NCBI GenBank assembly: GCA_965220345.1 | Contig: OZ244822.1 | Location: 2,059,935-2,123,934 of the forward strand | DNA from: Candidatus Aldehydirespirator sp. | Lineage (GTDB): Bacteria; Actinomycetota; Acidimicrobiia; Acidimicrobiales; Aldehydirespiratoraceae | Length of the DNA stretch: 64,000 bases | Direction of reading: 5' to 3' | Shown here: one piece after another, positions 54,241 to 64,000 of the stretch | How the letters are laid out: every line of letters begins with the position of its first letter | Position numbering within the stretch: the first letter of the stretch is position 1 | The notes under the pieces: model-generated | The model's database searches: none | What the model was told of the DNA's origin: nothing | Seen by the model: only the letters and a program-made list of their open reading frames with translations | Made by a program: the position numbers and the translations under genes

Positions 54241-55389
54241 ATGGCCGTAGTCACCATGAAACAACTGCTTGAGGCCGGGGTCCAGTTCGGCCATCAAACC
54301 CGCCGTTGGAATCCCAAGATGAGGCGATTCATCCACGGCGACAAAGCAGGCATTCACATTGTTGATCTGCGTCAGACGCTGACGCATCTTGAGACTGCCT
54401 ACATTTTTGTGCGCGATCTCGTGGCCGGAGGCGGAACGGTGCTGTTCATCGGCACCAAGAAGCAAGCTCAAGACTCGGTGCAGTCCTTCGCTGAACGCTG
54501 CAACATGCCGTATGTGAACGAGCGTTGGCAGGGCGGAATGCTCACCAACTTTCACACCATCGCCAAGCGCATTACCAAGATGAAGCACTACCAGCGCATG
54601 CGTGACTCTGGCGAGTTTGAGGCTATGCCCAAAAAAGAGGCGCTACTTCTAGAACGTGAGCTGGTGAAGCTAGAACGCAACTTAGGTGGCATCCGCGACA
54701 TGGAGTCGGCACCTGACGCAGTGTTCGTGCTTGATACCAAAAAAGAGCACATCGCGGTAACCGAGGCACGTAAGCTGAACGTGCCGATTGTGGCGGTGGT
54801 GGACACTAACTGTGATCCCGACTTAGTGGACTATGCCATTCCGGGTAATGATGATGCCATCAGGTCGGGTCGTCTGATGGCGCGTGTGATCTCTGATGCT
54901 GTGCTTGAGGGCAGGTTCATTCACGCCAAGCGCACCGAAGCCGACAGCGACCCCCGCGACGTGATCACAGAAGCTGAGGTAGCACAGCAGCAGGCTCAGG
55001 CTCGTGCCGCAGCTCTAGAGGAAGCCGTTGAGCGTGAAGCTCGACTGTCCACAGCCGCTGAAGCCCCCGACTCGCAGCCAGAGCCAGAAGCTCTGGAGCC
55101 GGGAGACGAAGCCGCTTCAGAAACTGTTGAGACAGAAACTTCTGCGGCAGAAACTGCTGAGACCGCAGAGGTTGATGCTGAAGAGCCAGAGACTGCCGAG
55201 CCAGAAACCGAAGCTGCGGCTGATACCGAGGCAGACGTTGCGGCCGATCCAAAAGTGTCTACAGAACAGAGCGAAATAATCGACCAAACCGATGCAGCCG
55301 ATCAAACCGATGCCGAGGCACAAGATGAAGCACAAGACGACGCGGCCGCACCAAACACCCAACAAGACGAACAAGCTGAGGAGAACTGA
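54241..55389 (+). CDS. rpsB: 30S ribosomal protein S2 with ~130-aa acidic C-terminal extension
   Basis: [27 protein letters not shown]. The tail is rich in E/A/T/D/Q. Confidence 0.95.
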   Translation: MAVVTMKQLLEAGVQFGHQTRRWNPKMRRFIHGDKAGIHIVDLRQTLTHLETAYIFVRDLVAGGGTVLFIGTKKQAQDSVQSFAERCNMPYVNERWQGGMLTNFHTIAKRITKMKHYQRMRDSGEFEAMPKKEALLLERELVKLERNLGGIRDMESAPDAVFVLDTKKEHIAVTEARKLNVPIVAVVDTNCDPDLVDYAIPGNDDAIRSGRLMARVISDAVLEGRFIHAKRTEADSDPRDVITEAEVAQQQAQARAAALEEAVEREARLSTAAEAPDSQPEPEALEPGDEAASETVETETSAAETAETAEVDAEEPETAEPETEAAADTEADVAADPKVSTEQSEIIDQTDAADQTDAEAQDEAQDDAAAPNTQQDEQAEEN

Positions 55390-55390
55390 C

Positions 55391-57512
<2,122 letters not shown>

Positions 57513-57575
57513 GAAGCAAGCACCAACGCGTGCATATCCCTACTGCAGCGCCTGGGAAGTGAAAGGATTCACGAA

Positions 57576-58763
57576 GTGAGCAACCAGGACGATTTCACTC
57601 AGTATCAGCCACAGGGTTCTTCGGGATCAGACCTTGACGACGATGCTGGAATGACACCCGGACGATCAGTGTTCGGCGACGACTTTGACGAGCCTGCCTG
57701 GGGGACAGGTCAAGAAACACCGCACGGTGCTTCCGAGCCGAGGCTCCAAGAAGTCGATACGCCTGACGTGTGGCCTGACCACGGTGCTTCCCCGCAGTGG
57801 GAAGACTCCTCTGAGATGCTGCCCCCGATAGAACCCAGCGAGCAGGTAGGACACACCGTCGGCGACGAAGACTTCTTCGGCTATGAGGATCAGCCGATGT
57901 ATCCAGGCGCGTCCACGGCAACAGCTGTGCCCGCGTCGAACGAACGCGACACACCGATGGCTGTGCTCGTTGGAGTGTTCTTGTCTGCGGTGATCTTGGT
58001 GGCTTTGCAAATGGGTCCCGCTGTAGCGCTAATCGTGGCCACTGTGGTTCTTGGTTTGGCTGCCGTTGAACTGCTTGGTGTAGTGAGAGTTGCTGGCTAT
58101 CAGCCAGCGGTGGTTTTGGGTCTGGTCGGGGTGGTGACGATGCCTTTAGCTGCGTATTGGCGAGGTGTTGACGCTATTGCGGTCGTGCTGGTGTTGACGG
58201 TGGTGTTCGGCGCGCTGTGGTATCTCACTGGGGTTGGTGTCGAGGGGCCAGTTCGAGGTCTTGCCGCGACTGTCTTCGCAGTGACCTACATAGGTGTTCT
58301 CGGTTCTCATGCGGCCCTGATCTTGAAAATCCCCGATCATGGCACCGGAATCCTCACCGTGGCGATAGTGCTGACAGTCGCTCATGATGTGAGCGCCATG
58401 GCTATTGGGCGAGCTGCGGGACGCACCCCGCTGTCGCAGGCCAGCCCCAGCAAAACCCTGGAAGGACTTGTTGGCGGAACCGTCGTCACGATTGCGGCGG
58501 GTTTGGCTATGGGGTTGGCTGGAGTTCCTGCGCCGATCGCGGATAGCCCCGGCGGTTTCTGGACTTCGGTTCTGGTGGCGGTAGTCGTAGCGATCATCGT
58601 GCCAATAGGTGATCTGACCGAATCGATGCTCAAGCGAGATCTTGGCATCAAAGACATGGGTTCGCTGCTTCCAGGACATGGCGGAGTGCTTGACCGTTTC
58701 GATGCCATGCTGTTCTCGCTGCCAGCCGTCTACTACGTGGCTTTGATGACCGGGGTAATCTAA
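57576..58763 (+). CDS. cdsA: Phosphatidate cytidylyltransferase with ~125-aa acidic disordered N-terminal extension
   Basis: C-terminal signature [27 protein letters not shown]; multiple TM segments. Confidence 0.85.
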   Translation: MSNQDDFTQYQPQGSSGSDLDDDAGMTPGRSVFGDDFDEPAWGTGQETPHGASEPRLQEVDTPDVWPDHGASPQWEDSSEMLPPIEPSEQVGHTVGDEDFFGYEDQPMYPGASTATAVPASNERDTPMAVLVGVFLSAVILVALQMGPAVALIVATVVLGLAAVELLGVVRVAGYQPAVVLGLVGVVTMPLAAYWRGVDAIAVVLVLTVVFGALWYLTGVGVEGPVRGLAATVFAVTYIGVLGSHAALILKIPDHGTGILTVAIVLTVAHDVSAMAIGRAAGRTPLSQASPSKTLEGLVGGTVVTIAAGLAMGLAGVPAPIADSPGGFWTSVLVAVVVAIIVPIGDLTESMLKRDLGIKDMGSLLPGHGGVLDRFDAMLFSLPAVYYVALMTGVI

Positions 58764-58855
58764 GAAACCGAGCAGGCGACTCGAAGTGTTTGACAGAGCC
58801 AGAGTACAGAGTCAGAGTGCAGAGCTGGACAAAGATTTGAAGCCATGGTGAAGCA

Positions 58856-60022
58856 ATGGTGACATCGGTTGCTGTACTTGGATCTACTGGATCAATCGGC
58901 ACACAAACCCTTGACATTGTTGAAGCCAAGCCTGATCATTACCGGGTGGCATCGCTCGGCGCAGCGAGTTCAGTGGACCTGCTCGCTGAGCAAACAAGGC
59001 GCTTTCGACCCGAAGTAGTCGCGATCGCCAACACGGATCGGGCCGCTGAACTCGCTGAGCTGATCCCGAATACGGTGGAACTCTTAGCTGGTGCCGATGC
59101 TATGGCAGCCGCGGTGTCAGCGGCCGACACGGTCATTAACGCTGTGGTGGGCTTCGCAGGGCTTCCAGTGACTCTGGCGGCACTGGAAGCCAGCAAACGG
59201 CTTGGCTTGGCCAACAAAGAGTCGTTGATCGCAGCCGGTCCAGTGGTACAGCGGGTACGCAGCAGCGCTGGTGGTGAAATAATTCCTGTCGATTCTGAGC
59301 ATTGCGCGATTCATCAGTGCCTGCGCGCTGGTGACGATCATGAACAGGTCGCCGAGATCGTCTTGACCGCCAGCGGCGGGCCTTTCCGTGGCCGTAGTGC
59401 ATCGGATCTTGCCAATGTCGGAATAGCTGACGCTTTGGCGCATCCCACCTGGCAGATGGGTCCCAAGATCACAGTCGATTCCAGCACACTGATGAACAAG
59501 GGTCTCGAAGTGATTGAGGCGCACGAACTTTTTGGGGTTGATTACGACGAGATCAAAGTGGTGGTTCATCCACAGTCGATTATTCATTCAATGGTGACAT
59601 ACCGTGACGGCGCGACTCTGGCGCAGCTTTCCAAACCCGATATGCGGCTATGCATCGGCTATGCGCTGGCGTATCCCGACCGGCTAGATCACCCGTATGG
59701 TGCTATCGACTGGTCGCAGCTAGGGCAACTCGACTTTGAGGTGCCCGACCGTAACGCTTTCGGTTGCTTGGATCTGGCTTATCAGGCCGGTCGAGCTGGG
59801 CAGACCGCCCCGGCCTGGCTGAACGCCGCAAACGAAGTAGCGGTGCAGGCTTTTTTGGATGAACGAATCAGATGGACCGAAATTGCTGAGGTAATCAACG
59901 CGGCTCTGCAGCAGTGGCCCGGCACGCAAGCTAGCGACATTGATGCGGTACTGGCAGCTGATGCCGAAGCTCGCCGTGTCGCCGAAAGCCTGCTATCAAG
60001 CGCATCAAACCCGGCCGCCTGA
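58856..60022 (+). CDS. dxr: 1-deoxy-D-xylulose 5-phosphate reductoisomerase
   Basis: VAVLGSTGSIGTQTLDIV, LANKESL, and PVDSEH motifs. Confidence 0.93.
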   Translation: MVTSVAVLGSTGSIGTQTLDIVEAKPDHYRVASLGAASSVDLLAEQTRRFRPEVVAIANTDRAAELAELIPNTVELLAGADAMAAAVSAADTVINAVVGFAGLPVTLAALEASKRLGLANKESLIAAGPVVQRVRSSAGGEIIPVDSEHCAIHQCLRAGDDHEQVAEIVLTASGGPFRGRSASDLANVGIADALAHPTWQMGPKITVDSSTLMNKGLEVIEAHELFGVDYDEIKVVVHPQSIIHSMVTYRDGATLAQLSKPDMRLCIGYALAYPDRLDHPYGAIDWSQLGQLDFEVPDRNAFGCLDLAYQAGRAGQTAPAWLNAANEVAVQAFLDERIRWTEIAEVINAALQQWPGTQASDIDAVLAADAEARRVAESLLSSASNPAA

Positions 60023-60090
60023 AAGCTCAACCCAAGAGCCCACTCAAAGGTTGAGTGACCGCTAGCATCGGCTGTGATGAACGGCACCGC

Positions 60091-61587
60091 ATGAAGCAAT
60101 CGACTCAACAGTTCACTCGGCCTCTAAGCGATCAGATCCGCCTCGGCGCACTGATCGCAGCTGTTGTGGGTTTGGGAGTGTTTGCAGGTACCGGCTGGGT
60201 AGTCATTGTCTTGGCTCTGGTCTCCATGCTGTTCTTGCATGAGCTAGGTCATTATGTGACAGCACGCCTGACAGGAATGAAAGTCAGCGAGTTCTTCATT
60301 GGTTTTGGTCCGCGTCTGTGGTCATTTCGCCGTGGTGAAACCGAATACGGCATCAAAGCCATCTGGATCGGTGCCTATGTGCGGATCGTTGGGATGAACA
60401 ACCTTGACGAAGTAGATCCCGGCGACGAACCGCGCAGTTTCCGCCAAAAGAGTTACCCGAGGAAACTACTGGTGCTGACGGCCGGTTCTGGCATGCATTT
60501 CATTCTTGTGCTGTTGTTGCTGTTCGCAGTTCTGCTCAGCGACGGACGGATCGCTAGTGGAGGCTCCGACACCTTCGATAACGACAACTGGGTGCTTGCA
60601 TCGGTTTCACCCGACAGTGCTGCCGCCGCTGTTGGTCTACAGCCCGGCGATCAGCTGGTGTCGGTCGCCGGTGAGGCACGCAGCAGCTTCGCAGATTTCT
60701 CGGTGCTGGTGCAGCAACTAGCAGGCCGCCAAGTTGAGGTTGTCTACCGCCGCGACGGAGCAACCCGCAGTGCTGTCACCACTATCGGTGAGCGTCTCAC
60801 AGCCGAAGGTGCAGCCGGGATTGAGGGACTGATCGAAGGCGACCGCATTCTGGCAGTGGAAGGCCTCCAAACGGACGGGACGCTCACATATTCGCAGCTT
60901 GTCGGCTATGGGCGAGACCTGATCGGTGAGCCACTTGACATCACTATCGTGGACACCCGAACTGGTCAGCCAGCGGTGGTGGAGGACGCTGTCATTACCG
61001 CACTGGCAGATCCAACGGACGCGGTTCGAGGATTTTTCGGTGTGTCAGCTGAGTTCCGTGGCAGTGGCCTGAACGTTGCTGAAGCGGCAGGAGAATCGCT
61101 GCAACAGTCTCTGCTGGTCATCCGCGACGTGGTTTTCGCCATACCGGCGGTGGCGACAGACGGACTCGGAGGCACTTTCGACGGTTTACGCGGCGATAAT
61201 CAGCCGCTTGGTAGCAGCCAAACCGCCCGCGAAGTGGAGCTTCGACGCCTTGACAGTTCGCATCCCGATGAGAATCGCATCCTGTCGATATATGGGGTGG
61301 CGCGCATCGGTGCGGAGGCGGCTTCCAACAGCGTCACTGACGTGCTGCTGCTGCTGGCCTACGTAAATGCTTTCATCGGAGTATTCAACCTGCTACCGCT
61401 GCTGCCGCTTGACGGAGGCCATGTGGCAGTGGCTACATATGAGCGGATCCGCTCGTTTGGGGGTCGCACTCATCGGGTTGATGCAGCCCGACTGCTGCCG
61501 GTTACCTACGCTTTCGTGGCGCTGCTGTTGCTGGTGGGCGCTGTGGCGCTGCTACGCGATATTTTTGATCCGGTCAGCTTCGGCTGA
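60091..61587 (+). CDS. M50-family site-2 protease (RseP/Rip1-like) with PDZ region
   Basis: HELGHYVTAR zinc motif and C-terminal NLLPLLPLDGGH. ATG 60091 preferred. Confidence 0.85.
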   Translation: MKQSTQQFTRPLSDQIRLGALIAAVVGLGVFAGTGWVVIVLALVSMLFLHELGHYVTARLTGMKVSEFFIGFGPRLWSFRRGETEYGIKAIWIGAYVRIVGMNNLDEVDPGDEPRSFRQKSYPRKLLVLTAGSGMHFILVLLLLFAVLLSDGRIASGGSDTFDNDNWVLASVSPDSAAAAVGLQPGDQLVSVAGEARSSFADFSVLVQQLAGRQVEVVYRRDGATRSAVTTIGERLTAEGAAGIEGLIEGDRILAVEGLQTDGTLTYSQLVGYGRDLIGEPLDITIVDTRTGQPAVVEDAVITALADPTDAVRGFFGVSAEFRGSGLNVAEAAGESLQQSLLVIRDVVFAIPAVATDGLGGTFDGLRGDNQPLGSSQTAREVELRRLDSSHPDENRILSIYGVARIGAEAASNSVTDVLLLLAYVNAFIGVFNLLPLLPLDGGHVAVATYERIRSFGGRTHRVDAARLLPVTYAFVALLLLVGAVALLRDIFDPVSFG

Positions 61588-61648
61588 GACGATGTGCCTG
61601 TGAGCCGATGTCCCTGTCGTTGCTAGGCGCTCAGCTAAGCTTGCGGAC

Positions 61649-62881
61649 GTGAAAGTTACCACAAGCATCCCGCGGCGCAAGACCCGACAGATCATGGTTG
61701 GCAAGGTTGCGGTCGGCGGCGACGCTCCAGTGACCGTGCAGTCGATGACGGTCACCAAGACTGCTGACTATGAGGCCACCTTGCAGCAGATTTACGCGCT
61801 GGCAGCCGCTGGAGCTGACATTGTGCGCTGCACCTGCAACAGGCCTGAAGCTGCTGAAGGACTGGCCCGGATCGTGCCGCGCTCGCCGGTGCCGATCGTG
61901 GCCGACATCCACAACAACTATCGCATGGCTTTGGCTGCGTTAGAGGCCGGGGTTCACTGTCTGCGGCTCAACCCAGGCAATATCCGCAAACCTGAGCAGA
62001 TCAAGGCGGTAGCCCGCGAATGCAAAGACCGTAACGTGCCTATCCGCATTGGAGTTAACGGCGGTTCTCTTGATCCCGATCTGTATCACCCTGAGTTAGG
62101 TGTGACACCCGAGGCGATGGTGACTTCGGCGATGCGCGAACTCGCCTATTTCGAGGACGTGGACTTTGATCTAGTGAAGATCTCGGTGAAAGCATCGAGT
62201 GTGCCTTTGATGATTGAGGCTTACCGGCAACTCGCTGACACTTGCGATCATCCGTTGCATCTAGGGGTGACTGAGGCGGGGCCGCCACCACCAGGGATCG
62301 TCAAATCAACCGCGGGCATAGCGGCACTGCTATCAGAAGGCATTGGCGACACGATCCGCTATTCGTTGACCACCGATCCAGTGGTCGAAGCACAATGTGG
62401 CCGCCAGCTGCTAGAAGCTATGGGGCTACGCGAGCGCCGTAACGTTGACCTGATTGCTTGCCCTAGCTGCGGAAGAGCCGAAGTTGATGTGTTCGGAGTG
62501 GCTCAGCAGGCTATGGAAGCTTTCGGTGAGCGCGAAATACCGTTGCAGGTGGCGGTTATGGGTTGTGTGGTCAACGGTCCTGGTGAAGCTCGTGACGCGG
62601 ATCTGGGAATAGCCGCAGGCAACAAGCGTGGGCATCTTTTTGTGAAAGGTGAGAACGTTGCTGTTGTCGCCGAAAACGAGATGGTAGAGGCGCTGGTGGA
62701 ATGGGCCGAGTACATCTGCGAGCATGGCTCAGAAGCAGCTCTGCAACGCGCTGCTCAAACGCGTGCCGAGGCCCGTCAGGCGGCTGAGGAGGATCGCCAG
62801 CGCAATATTGACGAGTTGGGCGAAGATGCCAACAAGTCTGAGATTCTTGTAGAGGAGATCCGTCGCGGTAGCCGCGTCTGA
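61649..62881 (+). CDS. ispG: 4-hydroxy-3-methylbut-2-en-1-yl diphosphate synthase
   Basis: RRKTRQIMVGKVAVGGDAPVTVQSMT and ACPSCGR motifs, with a charged C-terminal extension. Confidence 0.93.
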   Translation: MKVTTSIPRRKTRQIMVGKVAVGGDAPVTVQSMTVTKTADYEATLQQIYALAAAGADIVRCTCNRPEAAEGLARIVPRSPVPIVADIHNNYRMALAALEAGVHCLRLNPGNIRKPEQIKAVARECKDRNVPIRIGVNGGSLDPDLYHPELGVTPEAMVTSAMRELAYFEDVDFDLVKISVKASSVPLMIEAYRQLADTCDHPLHLGVTEAGPPPPGIVKSTAGIAALLSEGIGDTIRYSLTTDPVVEAQCGRQLLEAMGLRERRNVDLIACPSCGRAEVDVFGVAQQAMEAFGEREIPLQVAVMGCVVNGPGEARDADLGIAAGNKRGHLFVKGENVAVVAENEMVEALVEWAEYICEHGSEAALQRAAQTRAEARQAAEEDRQRNIDELGEDANKSEILVEEIRRGSRV

Positions 62882-62903
62882 TCTGATAACGCGTCTGATC
62901 TGA
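62874..62903. repeat. GCGTCTGATCTGA x2 at period 17, first copy overlapping the ispG stop codon
   Basis: Exact 13-mers at 62874-62886 and 62891-62903. Confidence 0.9.
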
Positions 62904-62911
62904 CAAATTCA

Positions 62912-62949
62912 ACTCGCCCTATTTTTCGACTCGCCTATTTCAACTCGCC
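62912..62949. repeat. ACTCGCC(C)TATTT-like unit x3 at periods 17 and 14
   Basis: ACTCGCC at 62912, 62929 and 62943. Confidence 0.8.
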
Positions 62950-63115
62950 TGTCCCCCTTGCCCTCTGAGTTGTCAGGGGTGCCGGTATACTTGGGGTAAC
63001 GTTCGATTCTTGCGGAAGCGGCGTGGGCTTTGGCCCACGCCGTTGCCAGTTCGGGAAGCAGCAATGAGCCAAAAACACGGCGATTCGCAGGGCACCAGCG
63101 AAAGCATAAAGTGGC

Positions 63116-63577
63116 ATGGCGATTGTTGATCGCGTCCGCGAACTTGCGGCTAAGACTGCTGAGGAGGCCGGTGTCGATCTCTATGACGTGGAATACAACG
63201 GCGGTGTTGTGCGTGTGTTAGCCGATGCCTCTGGTGGCATTGACATAGACGCAATCGCTGCTTTGTCGCGCACGTTGAGCCGCTCTTTGGATGAACAAGA
63301 TCTGATACCAGGGCGTTACACGTTAGAGGTTTCGAGCCCAGGTCTTGAACGTCCGCTGCGTACTCCTGAACATTTCCGTCGGGCGACTGGAGCTGAAGTG
63401 AATGTCAAAACTTCAGCAGATTTCGAGGGGCCTCGTCGTCTGCTCGGAACCCTCAAACAGGTCACCGACGACGGTGTGGAGCTACTCAGCGACGACGGAG
63501 AACTTTGCAAAATCAATTTTGAGCAGATGGCCTCGGCTCGCACCGTCTTTGAGTGGGGAAACCAGACACGCAAGTAG
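63116..63577 (+). CDS. rimP: Ribosome maturation factor RimP
   Basis: Position directly upstream of nusA. YTLEVSSPGLERPL signature. Confidence 0.88.
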   Translation: MAIVDRVRELAAKTAEEAGVDLYDVEYNGGVVRVLADASGGIDIDAIAALSRTLSRSLDEQDLIPGRYTLEVSSPGLERPLRTPEHFRRATGAEVNVKTSADFEGPRRLLGTLKQVTDDGVELLSDDGELCKINFEQMASARTVFEWGNQTRK

Positions 63578-63659
63578 TTCAAACAAATGCCCACAATCAT
63601 CTGCAACAACATCTGCAACGAACCGATAATCATCAACATGAAATCAAGGAGAAACTGCC

Positions 63660-64000
63660 ATGAACGCTGAGGTAATGGAAGCCCTGCAAGCAATGGCGGC
63701 CGACCGGGGCATAACCGTCGATTCGCTGTTCGCTGCCCTCGCTGACGCTTTGGAGTCGGCCTACAAGCGGCTGCCTGAGGCAAAAGAGTATGCCTGGGTG
63801 ACAATTGATCCATCAAGCATGGAGTTCCGTGTTATTACACAGGATCTTGATGCCGATGGTAATCCGGTTGGTGAGGAATACGAGGTAACCCCTGACGACT
63901 TTGGCCGTATCGCCGCAGCAACCGCACGCCAAGTGATGACTCAACGCATCCGCGAGGCCGAGCGCGAACTCAAATACGAGGAATACGCAGGCCGCGAAGG
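63660..64000 (+). CDS. nusA: Transcription termination/antitermination factor NusA, N-terminal part (3' end outside window)
   Basis: AAGGAG RBS, then ATG 63660. Hand translation gives MNAEVMEALQAMAADRGITVDSLFAALADALESAYKR...FGRIAAATARQVMTQRIREAER. Not in the ORF track because the frame is open at the window end. Confidence 0.88.
   Translation, partial: MNAEVMEALQAMAADRGITVDSLFAALADALESAYKRLPEAKEYAWVTIDPSSMEFRVITQDLDADGNPVGEEYEVTPDDFGRIAAATARQVMTQRIREAERELKYEEYAGRE

Overview
This is a 64-kb chromosomal segment of a moderately high-GC genome. Gene content and order look Actinomycetota-like: glyQS-dnaG; pntAA-pntAB-pntB; rnpB-trpD; leuCD ... greA / leuB-ilvE-cimA; gltX; rpsB-tsf-pyrH-frr-cdsA-dxr-M50 protease-ispG; rimP-nusA. 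I can support about 60 protein genes, 6 tRNAs and RNase P RNA. Four accessory patches interrupt the housekeeping backbone. (i) 3.3-7.1 kb lies between tRNA genes and holds a DRB0094/Rnl5-like RNA ligase plus an XhoI/PaeR7I-like type II restriction-modification pair. (ii) 10.6-17.4 kb holds decayed mobile DNA: a twice-frameshifted IS30 transposase, a DUF6036-like nucleotidyltransferase pair, an internally deleted Gp37/Gp68 gene and an orphan HicB-like ORF. A compositionally distinct gene for a ~1100-aa secreted repeat/Calx-beta protein follows them. (iii) 40.5-45.0 kb is an islet with an AT-rich left edge that separates leuCD from greA-leuB. It holds a retropepsin-like protease, mcrBC with a non-canonical N-terminal domain and acidic tail, and phd plus a frameshifted vapC. 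(iv) 49.4-51.4 kb is a HicA/HicB-type toxin-antitoxin patch. The most unusual sequence-level signals are three G11-G14 homopolymer tracts, all in the 5' regions of the two largest secreted-protein genes. There are also many locus-specific short tandem direct repeats (periods 13-23 bp) in intergenic spacers, most strikingly 4 x 23 bp at 24.7 kb, and in-frame tandem duplications inside housekeeping genes. I do not see a complete, clearly new multi-gene system. The best candidates are flagged below with modest scores, and all family assignments are motif recognition by eye, not searches.
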